DNA of 64,000 nt from Thermoprotei archaeon (GTDB taxonomy: Archaea > Thermoproteota > Thermoprotei > Thermoproteales > B15-G16): positions 64,001 through 128,000 of the forward strand of contig QMRC01000002.1 of NCBI GenBank assembly GCA_003649205.1. Reading direction: 5' to 3'. Below are positions 1 to 10,420 of the stretch, in pieces. The notes beneath the pieces are model-generated. The model did no database searches, was not told the DNA's origin, and saw nothing but the letters and a program-made list of their open reading frames with translations. The translations under genes and the position numbers were made by a program. Each line of letters opens with the position of its first letter. The first letter of the stretch is position 1.

Positions 1-243
1 GTTGCAGTACTGAAAGAGAAGATAAGAGAAGAGAGGAGGAGAGAGTACTTCTCAAAAACTGCGAGAGCGCTTGAGTACATAGCTAGTGGGGACGTAACCA
101 ACATAGATGCTACAACACTAGAGCTACTAGTTGACCTTGGTCTCGTCAAAGTACTTGAGACAGAATCTCAGTACAAGTTCATACCTAACACAGATCTCGC
201 AAGACAGGTAATTAGAACACTAGAACGTGAAGGTTACCTATGA
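1..243 (+). CDS. C-terminal end of a gene truncated by the window edge (possibly a HerA-like partner of NurA)
   Basis: Frame 1 is open from base 1 (VAVLKEKIREERRREYFSK...LEREGYL*). Its TGA overlaps the next ATG (ATGA). The identity is a guess from context only. Confidence 0.55.
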   Translation, partial: VAVLKEKIREERRREYFSKTARALEYIASGDVTNIDATTLELLVDLGLVKVLETESQYKFIPNTDLARQVIRTLEREGYL

Positions 244-1334
244 CAACACCACTAGAGAACATCATAAGGGAAGTATACAGAGCAGCTGAGAGAGTATTCC
301 CAAAGGTAAGATCAAAGCTCCTCGAACTAAGTCGTGAAGTGAATAAGCTAAGTACTGAATTCGCTAATCCAATTGAGAGAAGCAAATTGAGATACATCGT
401 AGTAACGGTTGATAGTGGCTTCATAAAGCTAAAGTACGCAAACTTCGCTATAGCTATAGTCGTAGCACATGCAATATCATCAGTAGGTAAGGGACAGGTA
501 GTTAACGTAGCAGCTGAACCAGTCATGATAAAGACCTTGAAGAGAAGTGAGTACGCACTCCACTACGTATCCAAAATCATCGAGTACAGATGCCTACACA
601 ACGTACTTGAGAAGGTACTCAGAGAGAAGACCAGCGAAGATGTAGTGGTCCTACTCGATGGAGCACTAACGTACCCCGAAGAGAGAACCGATGATATCGA
701 ACTCACAAAACTCTACCAAGAGTACCGTAGAGAGTACGAGAAGGTACTTGCAATACTAGAGAGTTACAGAGATAGAACCTACGTAGTAGCTATAGCAAAG
801 GACCTACCAGTAGACAAGTACCTAGATGCTCTCGAAGAACTAACTGAGTACAGAGGAGTAGAGAAATTCCGTAGTCTACATACATGGCTCTGTAGAGCTA
901 CAGAACTACTCCACGAGAGAACTGCAGTAGACATACTACTCAGAGCTAGAGGAGTACCATCGTACCTACACCCAGTTAGAGTAGATAACTTGAGAAAGTA
1001 CAGAGCACCTACAGTACCACAGATATCTAGGTACGGCGTCTACGGCACATACGTGAAGCTAACACACTTGAGAAGACCACTCTACGTAGAGTTCATTGGG
1101 TGGAATCTACCCAAGGTAAGCACACTGATGACGGTACTGTACGAAACATCTATCTACAGCCCTAGGCCAGGTTACCCGGCACCACTCTTCATAGTTGACA
1201 GATTGACTAAGGTCGATAAAGCCATAGCGAGAGCCATAGCAACAGCAATAGAGTACGCAGCAAAACACGCACTAGGTGAGCTATATGTACAGGTCTTTAC
1301 ACCCACATTAAGGGAAGAGTACGAGCACTACTGA
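240..1334 (+). CDS. nurA: NurA-domain 5'-3' nuclease
   Basis: Motifs VTVDSG, VVLLDG, VAIAK and GYPAPLFIVD match the NurA family pattern. Confidence 0.75.
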   Translation: MTTPLENIIREVYRAAERVFPKVRSKLLELSREVNKLSTEFANPIERSKLRYIVVTVDSGFIKLKYANFAIAIVVAHAISSVGKGQVVNVAAEPVMIKTLKRSEYALHYVSKIIEYRCLHNVLEKVLREKTSEDVVVLLDGALTYPEERTDDIELTKLYQEYRREYEKVLAILESYRDRTYVVAIAKDLPVDKYLDALEELTEYRGVEKFRSLHTWLCRATELLHERTAVDILLRARGVPSYLHPVRVDNLRKYRAPTVPQISRYGVYGTYVKLTHLRRPLYVEFIGWNLPKVSTLMTVLYETSIYSPRPGYPAPLFIVDRLTKVDKAIARAIATAIEYAAKHALGELYVQVFTPTLREEYEHY

Positions 1335-2014
1335 TGCGAAGTACGTACCGACTTGAGTTCTCTGATCAAAGCTCTACACTTCTCAACAGCATCAATAGCA
1401 TCCCTACCCCAAGCATCAGCACCAATACTCTTAGCAAACTCCTCAGTTGTAGGTAAACCACCAATAATCACCTTAACCCTATCCCTAAGACCTCTCTCAC
1501 GAAGTAACTCGACAACCCTCCTCATCTCATCCAGCACCGTAGTTAGGAGCGCTGACATAGCAACAATACCAGCACCATACCTCTCAACAGCCTCCACAAA
1601 CTTTTCAGGCGGTACGTCAACACCAAGATCAATAACCCTGAAACCAGCTGCTCTCAACATCGTAGCTACTAAGTTCTTACCAATGTCATGAATATCACCA
1701 CGAACAGTACCAATAACAACCGTACCAACCTCACCACTAGCCTCAATACACTCAACCAACTTAGGCTCCAAAACCCTAAGACACTCCCTAAAGATCTCAG
1801 AAGCTAAAAGCAACTCAGCTAAGTAGTACTCACCACGCTCAAACCTCTCACCAATAATCCTCATACCATCACTAAGAGCACGAAACACAATATCCCTAGC
1901 CGATACACCATGCTTTATAGCTTCCTCAACAAGCCTAAGTACCTCATCCAACTTAAGCTCCACAAATGAATCACGAATCCTAGCTAAAACATCACCACTA
2001 CACTGCATACACAC
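1328..2014 (-). CDS. Corrinoid (B12-binding) protein, MtbC/MttC/MetH-cap type
   Basis: GTVRGDIHDIGKNLV (DxHxxG), DLGVDVP, SALLTT and IGG...GADAW, plus an N-terminal cap (GM..IGERFE.GEYYL.EL). Confidence 0.93.
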   Translation of the reverse strand: MCMQCSGDVLARIRDSFVELKLDEVLRLVEEAIKHGVSARDIVFRALSDGMRIIGERFERGEYYLAELLLASEIFRECLRVLEPKLVECIEASGEVGTVVIGTVRGDIHDIGKNLVATMLRAAGFRVIDLGVDVPPEKFVEAVERYGAGIVAMSALLTTVLDEMRRVVELLRERGLRDRVKVIIGGLPTTEEFAKSIGADAWGRDAIDAVEKCRALIRELKSVRTSHQ

Positions 2015-2071
2015 CGAGGAGTGAAGTACAGATGTATAAGTTTATAATGACTACTCTCAGGGAGAAGCGAG

Positions 2072-2650
2072 GTGATCCCTGTGAGAACAAAGCTATCACC
2101 CATCACATTGACAATTCTGCTAATTACAGTACTAGTAATTGGGTGCGTACTATACACGTACCTCACAAGAGAGGAAACTTCAGGTGCAGTTATAGAAGTA
2201 CTTCCTGACACCAAGTACTACACCGAGGTACTTAAAGCAATTAGGAGCAGTAAGAAGTACATACTCGTAGCAATGTACTTAGCTAAGTACGATCCAGATG
2301 ACCTAGAGGATAGAGCAAATGACCTACTTAGAGAACTCATCAAGGCTAGACAACGTGGAGTTAAAGTCTATGTGTACCTAGAGTACAGGACATATAGCGG
2401 TACCATTAAGGAAAATCTCCTAACAGCAACCTTCCTGAAGAGATTTGGAGTAGAGGTGAGGCTGGATAACCAGACAGATACAGATCACATGAAGTTAGTG
2501 ATCGTAGATGGTGAAGTAGCGTTCGTAGGAAGTCATAACTGGAGTGAAGCTGCTCTAACGTACAATCACGAGCTATCAGTCAAGATCAAGAGTAGAGAGG
2601 TAGTGAAGGTACTGGAGAGGTACTTCTGGTTACTCTGGCACAGAGGTTAG
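2072..2650 (+). CDS. Phospholipase D-family (Nuc-like) nuclease with N-terminal membrane anchor
   Basis: Single HxKxxxxD motif (HMKLVIVD) followed by GSHNWS...NHE; hydrophobic N-terminus. Confidence 0.88.
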   Translation: MIPVRTKLSPITLTILLITVLVIGCVLYTYLTREETSGAVIEVLPDTKYYTEVLKAIRSSKKYILVAMYLAKYDPDDLEDRANDLLRELIKARQRGVKVYVYLEYRTYSGTIKENLLTATFLKRFGVEVRLDNQTDTDHMKLVIVDGEVAFVGSHNWSEAALTYNHELSVKIKSREVVKVLERYFWLLWHRG

Positions 2651-2697
2651 CTATGGGAATTAAACTTAAGAATGGGTAGTGAAGATCCTGTATCCTG

Positions 2698-3390
2698 ATG
2701 CACGAGCATAAGGTAGGAGGTAGGTCGCTAACTGTACTACTCGTACTATCATTACTGTACTGTGGAGCATACGTATCGTGTAACATAGCTGCACAGAAGC
2801 TAACACAAATAGGCTTCTTCACTGTACCAGCAGTGATCTTCGTATTTTGGTTCGTCGTACAGCTACTAGACATAATAAATGAGTTCTATGGATGGGAAGT
2901 AGCGTTCCAGGTAGCTACCATCTCCATGATAGTTAACATAATTGTTTCACTACTATTACTCGTAGCCGTGTACCTACCACCCTCACCAGTACAGTCACCA
3001 GAACTACATGAATGGTACTTCAGATTCTTCACGTGGAGTCCAAGAATTACATTAGCTAGCGTAGTAGCCTACCTCATATCCACCTACGTAGACACCAAGA
3101 TCTTTGACTACCTGAAGAAGATAACCAAGAGAAAACACTTTTGGCTAAGAGAAAACATCTCAACAGCCGTAAGTCAATTAATCGACTCAACACTCTTCAT
3201 ACACATAGCGTTCCTAGGTACAATACCGTACGGTGCCGTACTGTACACAGCAGTATGTCAGTACAGCTTCAAGATGTTGATAAATGTACTAGATACTCCA
3301 CTGATGTACCTGTACAGATACCTCGTATCGAGAGCACTACAACAAGTAATCACAGTACCGAAACCACAACTAATACATACTGTACAGTAG
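2698..3390 (+). CDS. VUT/YhhQ family queuosine/archaeosine-precursor transporter
   Basis: DIINEFYG, PRITLASVVAYLIS, WLRENISTAVSQLIDS and LDTP motifs; multiple TM segments. Confidence 0.9.
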   Translation: MHEHKVGGRSLTVLLVLSLLYCGAYVSCNIAAQKLTQIGFFTVPAVIFVFWFVVQLLDIINEFYGWEVAFQVATISMIVNIIVSLLLLVAVYLPPSPVQSPELHEWYFRFFTWSPRITLASVVAYLISTYVDTKIFDYLKKITKRKHFWLRENISTAVSQLIDSTLFIHIAFLGTIPYGAVLYTAVCQYSFKMLINVLDTPLMYLYRYLVSRALQQVITVPKPQLIHTVQ

Positions 3391-3402
3391 CTAAGGTAGT
3401 AG

Positions 3403-4221
3403 GTGAGCACAATGAAGAACATTGATGCAGCACTACAACTAGTACCACCGAAGAGCGTCTTCATGATCTTAGTAGCTGTAATGATCGTGAACACAGCAGT
3501 AAACGTAGTACCTGGAGTAATGCCAGAGCTATTGAGGAACACAATTGGTATAGCTCTGTCCTGCTTCTCCCAGCTAGTGATAGCGTACCTACTGTACAGT
3601 GGCTTAAAGGTTGAGAGCTTTCACGTAAATGATCTACTATCTACGCTACAGGACCTATGTAAGATCATTAGTGAGAAGTATCCCGAACAAAAGCAGGTAC
3701 TGTATGAACTGGAGAGAGTAAGAACCTCAGCACAAAAGGTACCGAGGAGAAGAGTAACGTTACTGGTTACAATCTACGTAGTGTTTGGACTAACTTCGCT
3801 CCTACTAGTCCTATACAGTGTCTGGAAGCTAAGAGGATTACTCGAGCAATTAATTACAGGTATCAGCATTGAGGAAATATACCTGTACCTAGGTATCGCA
3901 AGTTTAGGTGGATTACTCGCAATAGTTAGTGTAGTAGCTCTATTCTACGCACTACACGTACTTAACAAAGATCTACTCGAGGTGGAGAAGATCGAGGATA
4001 GTGTAGCTCTCATACTCAGGACATCAGGTATAGCCTCTACACCTGAGAGAACATACACAGTACCGAAGAGAAGTACAGCTCTCTACATCGTACTCTCACT
4101 GATAACCCTCGGCATATTCATACTATACTGGATCTACGTCGTAATACTGAGAGACCTCAGAAATCATCTCCTAGAGGATAGAGCAATAGCACAGCAAATA
4201 ACGCACCTAGTACTAACCTAA
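3403..4221 (+). CDS. Membrane protein with C-terminal DUF4234-like domain
   Basis: RSTALYIVLSLITLGIFILYWIY...DLRNH pattern; several TM helices. Confidence 0.65.
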   Translation: MSTMKNIDAALQLVPPKSVFMILVAVMIVNTAVNVVPGVMPELLRNTIGIALSCFSQLVIAYLLYSGLKVESFHVNDLLSTLQDLCKIISEKYPEQKQVLYELERVRTSAQKVPRRRVTLLVTIYVVFGLTSLLLVLYSVWKLRGLLEQLITGISIEEIYLYLGIASLGGLLAIVSVVALFYALHVLNKDLLEVEKIEDSVALILRTSGIASTPERTYTVPKRSTALYIVLSLITLGIFILYWIYVVILRDLRNHLLEDRAIAQQITHLVLT

Positions 4222-4539
4222 CTTCAAGCACCTAAACCATTACCCACACGTAAACTAGGTAACTACCCTCTATTTTTAGGTACAATCACGTTGTCACAAG
4301 TACTAGAACACTGAGAATACAGCTTCACAAGCTATTAGCACACGAGCTAGAATTGATATACATTGTACCCTAGTGCTTATGAGAGTACTCGTAACCAGTA
4401 CCTTCATAGTAGTGACATCACTTATTGGAAAACCACCACAGCAATGGCACCAACCATACCCTCAACAACCCCCTCAGCAGTAACACTACCACTCGTAGTC
4501 ACGCTGTGAGCATTCGTAGTCACCCCCACAGGTGAGACA

Positions 4540-4761
4540 AGGTAAATTAGCAAAGAAATTTGCTACCTCAGAGATAGTCAACGTCCTTGAGAAATAGAAG
4601 TTGGTAAGTACCTGATAACCGTGGTAGTACTAGCTGTAATAGCGTACATCATAGCACTAATCACACAGCTAGCAAATGAAGTAGGCATATTGATAACCAT
4701 CACAATCACACCACCATACATACTCCTCAGAGGAAAGGTACTGAGCCTGTACTCAAAGTAA
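4540..4761 (+). pseudogene. Remnant of a membrane protein (DUF4013-like)
   Basis: Interrupted frame reading FATSEIVNVLEK / GKYLITVVVLAVIAYIIA...LSLYSK*. Confidence 0.25.
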
Positions 4762-4773
4762 CAGGTAGACCCC

Positions 4774-5646
4774 TCAACCCCCCCTACATCTTTGAACTAG
4801 AATCAAGAGTACTCTACGTACATAATGTCGAAGAGGTGATTTACTGAGTAGACCAATTCTAGTCGAAAGTATTAGTACATGAATTAGGTACTTAATCACT
4901 ACCCTGAGACTAAACTTCGAGAAACCACTCAACCTAAGACCAAACGAGAACGGCACCTCACATACCTTACCAGTAGGTGTCAGCGAGAGTACATCCAGTA
5001 AGATCTTCCAACTATACCCATAGTACCGACGTAACTTCTCAAGCAAATCCCTACGAGCTAGGAAGAAACCACTCTGTAAATCACGTACAGCCCTAAACCT
5101 AGGAACTAGCAACCACGCAGTGAAAGTAGCGAACCTAGAGATTAAGCGACGAATAGGACCCATACCCCTAGCAGAACCACCAGGAACAAACCTACTAGCA
5201 ATAACCAACCAGTACCCACACCTAGTAGCTAGCAAGAACATCTTAGGCACTAAAGCAGGAGGATGCTGACCATCACTATCCATCACAACAACGTACTCAC
5301 CACTAGCCCACTTAAGACCATCGATAATAGCTGAGTAGAGACCAAATCTACCAGGCCTCACAACAACTCTCACAGGATAGTACTTAGAGAACAACTTAGC
5401 TACATCAGCAGTCCTGTCAGGACTAGAATCATCAACAATAACCTCGTAATCAATACCACACCTAGACAATACAGTACACAGATCACGAAGTACACGCTTC
5501 AAACCACGAAACTCACAGTACGTTGGAATAATAACAGAGACAGAAGTCACCAACCTAAACCACACCCAAGCAGAACTAAGGATTAACCTAAACAACACAG
5601 AGAAGGCATCATCATTAACATCAAGACCACGGTAGCACTGCAACAA
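4774..5646 (-). CDS. GT2 polyprenol-phosphate mannosyltransferase (DPM1-like)
   Basis: SVIIPTYCE, VDDSSPDRT, VMDSDGQHPP, ASRFVPGG and DLQSGFF motifs. The true start is probably about 30 codons inside the ORF. Confidence 0.88.
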   Translation of the reverse strand: MLQCYRGLDVNDDAFSVLFRLILSSAWVWFRLVTSVSVIIPTYCEFRGLKRVLRDLCTVLSRCGIDYEVIVDDSSPDRTADVAKLFSKYYPVRVVVRPGRFGLYSAIIDGLKWASGEYVVVMDSDGQHPPALVPKMFLLATRCGYWLVIASRFVPGGSARGMGPIRRLISRFATFTAWLLVPRFRAVRDLQSGFFLARRDLLEKLRRYYGYSWKILLDVLSLTPTGKVCEVPFSFGLRLSGFSKFSLRVVIKYLIHVLILSTRIGLLSKSPLRHYVRRVLLILVQRCRGG

Positions 5647-5945
5647 CGTAAAACACTCAAAACAAAAGCAACACTACTGGTCAGTACACTACAGAGAATA
5701 CATACCTCCTATCACAATACCAAACTCGCTAATCTAGTTGCGTCAGGTACACTAACTACATAACTCTATAACTCTCTTAGTAAACCCATGTAGAATCTAC
5801 TGATGTACTTCTACACCCCGACATCTGAATGCTGCTAGGATTAGTGCTGTTGCTAATGCTGAGGGATACAGCTACTTCAACGTAAACTTTCTTACCTATG
5901 AGATGCCGATCCCTCACTTCCTCTAGCCTTGATTTTCAACTACTT

Positions 5946-6869
5946 TTAAGCTGTCTGTTCCCGTGTATTACCTCTTCTCTTCCTCTCCCTCCTCTCCTGG
6001 TAAATTAACTCAATTAATCTCCCAATGACTCCAATTACGAGGCAGTAGTAAGCGTATGTTGCTAGTTCATTAGCTCTAGCCTCCTCCCCTATCGCTAGGT
6101 ACACTGCTGCACTTATGAGAAGTACCATGAATGCTACTATGAATAGCCCTGGTATACCTATGCTCTGTAGGTACCTACTAACCTGTTTCAAGTGCGACCT
6201 TACTCCACCTCTAGACTTTCTAAGGACTGCTATTACTGCTCTCGGTGCTGTAGCTGCTGATGAAATTGCTAGTAGTACTATTGTCATTGGCGTAACCAGT
6301 GTTGGCACTGTGTAATCTGTAGTTACACTCTGTGAAGCAACTCCCGTTACCAATGTCCCTACACTCGGTACTGAGTACCCATAGTACCTCACCCAGAAAT
6401 CAACAGGTATCACGAGTACCGGTGCTTGCGTTACTCTCTTTCCCACTTCTAGATGTATCCTCGATATTGGTAGTAACTCAATACCCTCCACCATGAATGG
6501 TATTGCTAAGTACATCACCACTACTAGCACCGTGACTGTTAATGCTACTGGTACTACCCCCATTACCTCTACATTACAGATCCTAGCTCCCACCAACCTA
6601 AATTGCTTCTTTACAACCTCAGTTACTGAGACTACTGCTAGTGGTATCAGTGATGCATACGTTAGTTGTGCCGAGAAGCCCCATCTCATTGCTGTCCTAA
6701 GACCAACCACTACCAATCTCGAGTACGCTAGAGCAGCTAACACCATGGTTGCTACCACAAGTACTACTAGGTTCCTCAACCACTTATCTCCATCCACACA
6801 ATAGCAATACGGCACTGGTAGCGTTACTACAATTGCTAGCAGTGGAGTCAGTATCATTACCGAATTCAC
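5946..6869 (-). CDS. Hypothetical multi-TM membrane protein, possibly a chimeric or decayed fragment
   Basis: 307-aa hydrophobic ORF; C-terminal ANELATYAYYCLVIGV helix pair. Confidence 0.5.
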   Translation of the reverse strand: MNSVMILTPLLAIVVTLPVPYCYCVDGDKWLRNLVVLVVATMVLAALAYSRLVVVGLRTAMRWGFSAQLTYASLIPLAVVSVTEVVKKQFRLVGARICNVEVMGVVPVALTVTVLVVVMYLAIPFMVEGIELLPISRIHLEVGKRVTQAPVLVIPVDFWVRYYGYSVPSVGTLVTGVASQSVTTDYTVPTLVTPMTIVLLAISSAATAPRAVIAVLRKSRGGVRSHLKQVSRYLQSIGIPGLFIVAFMVLLISAAVYLAIGEEARANELATYAYYCLVIGVIGRLIELIYQERRERKRRGNTREQTA

Positions 6870-7029
6870 AGCTTTCTCGGTAAACTCGCTGTAACTTATA
6901 GGTTAAGTTATCGTAGTCTCAATACCATGACAGAGCACACAACTATACTCCACATATCGTCCTCAAGGGAGAAACACCAAGGTACATCAGGTGATTACGT
7001 TACTGTCTCGACGCTAGGAGGATAGAGGG

Positions 7030-7182
7030 GGTAGGTAAGTTGAGTAAGTTCCTATCCAATCTAACACATCCTCACAGTTGAGGATGTGTACGAGCTTTGT
7101 ACTAGCGAAGAAGCTTAACTCGACACTAATTACCGAGAGTAGAGAGCTAGGGGAAAACCTATGAGGACTTAGTGTGGAGGTT
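7030..7182 (+). pseudogene. PIN/VapC toxin C-terminal remnant
   Basis: Fragment VLAKKLNSTLITESRELG resembles the PIN consensus ALAxxxxxxLxTxDxxL. Confidence 0.3.
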
Positions 7183-7226
7183 AAGTTATTTAGCTCTGTA
7201 GTGGGTGCTGTTTTCTCGGTGATGAC

Positions 7227-8171
7227 ATGTACTCTATTGCTGATGCTGAGTACGAGCTCAGGAGAGTAACTGAGTACTGGAACCACTTCTCCAACCTACC
7301 CCCAGTAGCAATTGGTGAGGTAAGTGGCCTCACTCTCGTATCTGACCTCAAGATCGCAGTTATCACCGGTAGCGAATTCGGTTCTAGATTCATCAGCAAC
7401 CTCTGTAACTACAGCGGTTTCTGCACTAGGTGCCTATCCTGTATCGGTGATAGGTGTAGATACGGTAAATTCGATTTCTCCAAAAATGTAGTGTACGTCC
7501 ACGAAGTTCCACCCAGAACCGAACTACCGAGTGTAATCGATGAACCTGAGAAGTACTTACCAGAGAGATTACCGAGTGTAGACATCGTAGTAGCTACAGG
7601 CCTCCACAGCGATCTATACTTAGCACTACCTGACCTCCTCAGGAAATCAGACGTAAAAGCACTCATAGTATTTAGAGAGGACCCACAAGACGCACCCTAC
7701 GGCGTCATCAAGGACCTAGAGGATACCTGCCGTAGCTACGGTATCGAGTTCGCAACAGCTAAACCAGCTTGCTCACTAATACCCGACCCCAAGATGAGCA
7801 TCATTACGAGATTCGTAAGGGAATTCAGAGTCGGCAGACCACTAATCAAGATAGAGTGCATCGATGGAGTATTCAAGAGAGTTGAAGTCATAGTATCTAC
7901 ACCATGTGGCTGCACCTGGTTCGTCGCTAGAAACCTCCTAGATTACAGATTTCAACCCAACGAGAGAGGTATCTTGGACCTACGTAAGAGAGCATTCATG
8001 CTACACCACACATACCCCTGCAAAGCATCCATGGAATGGGATAGAGAACTCGGTGACTCACTAATGCACATAGCATCCTTCATCTGCGCTGAATCAGTAT
8101 TCCAAGGTCTAGGCATGCACGATGTCGTCAGGAACCTAGTCATTGAGAGACTTAAGAGGAAAATAGTTTAA
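7227..8171 (+). CDS. DUF166 family protein (Cys-rich)
   Basis: GLHSDL, KPACSL, PCGCTWFVA and HHTYPCKASMEWDRELGDSLMH motifs. Confidence 0.75.
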   Translation: MYSIADAEYELRRVTEYWNHFSNLPPVAIGEVSGLTLVSDLKIAVITGSEFGSRFISNLCNYSGFCTRCLSCIGDRCRYGKFDFSKNVVYVHEVPPRTELPSVIDEPEKYLPERLPSVDIVVATGLHSDLYLALPDLLRKSDVKALIVFREDPQDAPYGVIKDLEDTCRSYGIEFATAKPACSLIPDPKMSIITRFVREFRVGRPLIKIECIDGVFKRVEVIVSTPCGCTWFVARNLLDYRFQPNERGILDLRKRAFMLHHTYPCKASMEWDRELGDSLMHIASFICAESVFQGLGMHDVVRNLVIERLKRKIV

Positions 8172-8212
8172 CCAAGTTACGAACCCAATAACACAGCTAT
8201 CGAGGTACCTAA

Positions 8213-8869
8213 ATGCAGTTTAGTGAATTAAAGCAGAAGATACTTGAACTACTGAGAACAGACATAGAGTTCAGATACGCTGTAGCAGGTCTACTTGGTC
8301 TCGAAGAGATCCTGAGAAAGCTAGATGAACACAGCAGAATACTGAAAGAACATAGTGAAATACTGAGGAAACACAGTGAAATACTTGAGAGACACAGCAA
8401 GATTCTCGAGGAGCACAGTAAAATTCTCAAAGAGCACACTAGATTACTTCATAGATTAGTCAGGGATGTAGCAGACATCAAGAGAACCATTGAGAGAATT
8501 ACGATATCCCTTGAAGAAGAAGCTAGAGAAGTCATAGCACATAGACTCAGAGAGAAACTAGGTATTGAAGTACCACTATCGAGACTAGAACTACCTGAAC
8601 TTGAGATTAACATCTACGGAATTGCTAATGACTACGTAGTGATTGGTGAATGCACAACAAGACTAGGGATCAGAAAAGTAAGGGAATTACTTGAGAAGTA
8701 CAGAGTATTGAGGGAGAGGTACAGAAATTACCTAAGACCAAAGATAGTGCTCACAATATACGCAATGACATGCACTAGAGAAGCAATTAAAGAAGCAGAA
8801 GGTACAGGGATCTGGCTAAATACAGCAACGAAGGAAGAGACTACATTAAGGGTATTGAGTCTAGATTAG
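8213..8869 (+). CDS. Coiled-coil heptad-repeat protein with C-terminal PD-(D/E)XK-like domain
   Basis: N-terminus LLRTDIEFRYAVAGLLGLEE is shared with 23696..24430; EHSxILx heptads; EINIYG...IGECT. Confidence 0.75.
   Translation: MQFSELKQKILELLRTDIEFRYAVAGLLGLEEILRKLDEHSRILKEHSEILRKHSEILERHSKILEEHSKILKEHTRLLHRLVRDVADIKRTIERITISLEEEAREVIAHRLREKLGIEVPLSRLELPELEINIYGIANDYVVIGECTTRLGIRKVRELLEKYRVLRERYRNYLRPKIVLTIYAMTCTREAIKEAEGTGIWLNTATKEETTLRVLSLD
8327..8452 (+). repeat. Six degenerate 21-bp coding tandem repeats (EHSxILx)
   Basis: Units gaacacagcagaatactgaaa, gaacatagtgaaatactgagg, aaacacagtgaaatacttgag, agacacagcaagattctcgag and two more. Confidence 0.85.
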
Positions 8870-8873
8870 AGAG

Positions 8874-9149
8874 CTAAAATAGCTTCAGCTCTCTTAGTTG
8901 CTTCGTGGTAGCTCTTTCACCAAGACACTTAACACCAACCTCACATTCAGTAACCTTACCCTCAATAGTCCTGAATATCCTCCTACTAATAGGTCTAATA
9001 CCGAGATTCTCAGGCTTACAATGTTGAATCCATGTGTAGGTACCCTCAGTATCAACAAGTAGCTCTAGCTCGAGAAATCTCGAGAAGTTACAGGGATTGT
9101 ACACCCTAGTACTGGGAGGATCTCTAGCTTAGATATTAGGGAGACTCAT
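8874..9149 (-). pseudogene. Clan AA (retropepsin-like) aspartyl protease remnant
   Basis: ELLVDTEGTYTWI (compare canonical LVDTGATYT) and LGIRP..RR.FRTIEGKV.E; internal stop near the 5' end and C-terminal truncation. Confidence 0.6.
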
Positions 9150-9307
9150 CTTCGACTTCAAAGCCCTCACGGTAGATGCACTAATCTCCGTGGCGAATAT
9201 GCTAGCAAGGTTCGAAGACTTATTTAATTAGGTTAGTTGTTAGTATAAGACCTAACATTACATTGATAGTGTTAATAGCTGTCCAGCGTTGGGTTGGTAC
9301 GTGTAGT

Positions 9308-9979
9308 TTATCTTCTGTTTGCTCTGTCTGTCGTGGTTTGCCTGGTGTATCTCTTTATGAGTGTAACTCCTAGGTACACAAATGGTGTGTCTAGCGCTGC
9401 TATCAGGACTTTGAATAACCACATGCTGACAATAATATTGAGTAGCACCTCAGGTGGTACGGCTCCGTAGAATGCTAGTGTTGTGAATACTGCTGTGTCT
9501 ATTAGTTGACTAACCATGGTTGATGCATTGTTTCTGAGCCATAGCCACCTACCTCGTGTGATCTCTCTCCACTTCCAGAATGCCCATACGTCATGGTGTT
9601 GACTAGCTAGGTACGCTACTATGCTCGCTAGTACGATTCTTAGCTGAGGTGAGAATACTCTTTCGAAGAGTTGTTGCTGTGTGAGTTCTGTGGCTGGTAT
9701 GAAGTAGTCAAGCCCTATGAGTAGTAACGTAGCGATCTCCGCTGCTAGACCTGCCCACACGATGTAGATTGCTCGTTTCTTACCGTAGATCTCGTCTACG
9801 ATGTCTGTTATGGGAAATGTTATTGAGTAGGAGATGGTTCCTGCCGGAACCACGAGTCCTAGGAACTCCACTAGCTTTATCCCTGCTGCGATATTTGCAT
9901 ACACTATCGATGCTCCGAAGATACCTGAGGACAGTACTAGTACGATGAGGTCTCGTTCGCTCAGTGGTACCTCTCTCAA
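9308..9979 (-). CDS. Second VUT/YhhQ family queuosine/archaeosine-precursor transporter
   Basis: TFPITDIVDEIYG, RIVLASIVAYLASQHHDV, WLRNNASTMVSQLIDT and LDTPFVY motifs. Confidence 0.92.
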   Translation of the reverse strand: MREVPLSERDLIVLVLSSGIFGASIVYANIAAGIKLVEFLGLVVPAGTISYSITFPITDIVDEIYGKKRAIYIVWAGLAAEIATLLLIGLDYFIPATELTQQQLFERVFSPQLRIVLASIVAYLASQHHDVWAFWKWREITRGRWLWLRNNASTMVSQLIDTAVFTTLAFYGAVPPEVLLNIIVSMWLFKVLIAALDTPFVYLGVTLIKRYTRQTTTDRANRR

Positions 9980-10420
9980 GGCTGATCACCATGTTGTTCC
10001 AGATCTTGAAAGTACAGGCTTATAAAGTGTTGTACTGTGTGCGCTATGTGGAGTATGACCTTAGTGTCTCCCGTGGCTACGTGGTACGACTATTCTGAGG
10101 ATCTTTGAACGTTTTGCCTCGAGAACTGTTGGAGGATGTACTCAAGCTCTAGAGTGTATAAAAGCGTGTAAACGCGATTTGTTTAGGGACCTCAAATCTA
10201 GGTTTAAGGAGAATTTCGGAATATACTCAGGAAATTGTATAGCTGACTAATAACGTTATAGAACTTAGCAGTTCTACTACACCTTGATTCTAAGCCACCT
10301 TTACTTCATTTGAAAAGTAACAAGTAAGACTTCAAACAATGAAGATTAAACACGTCTATACAATACATGTCCATAATTAGTCAAATAACTCCCAATCTCA
10401 ATAGAATACTTCTCCCTGAC

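Noticed and set aside
1-1334. Complete herA-nurA-mre11-rad50 repair operon
   Set aside because: Only NurA is recognisable. The upstream fragment lacks diagnostic motifs and the rest would lie outside the window.
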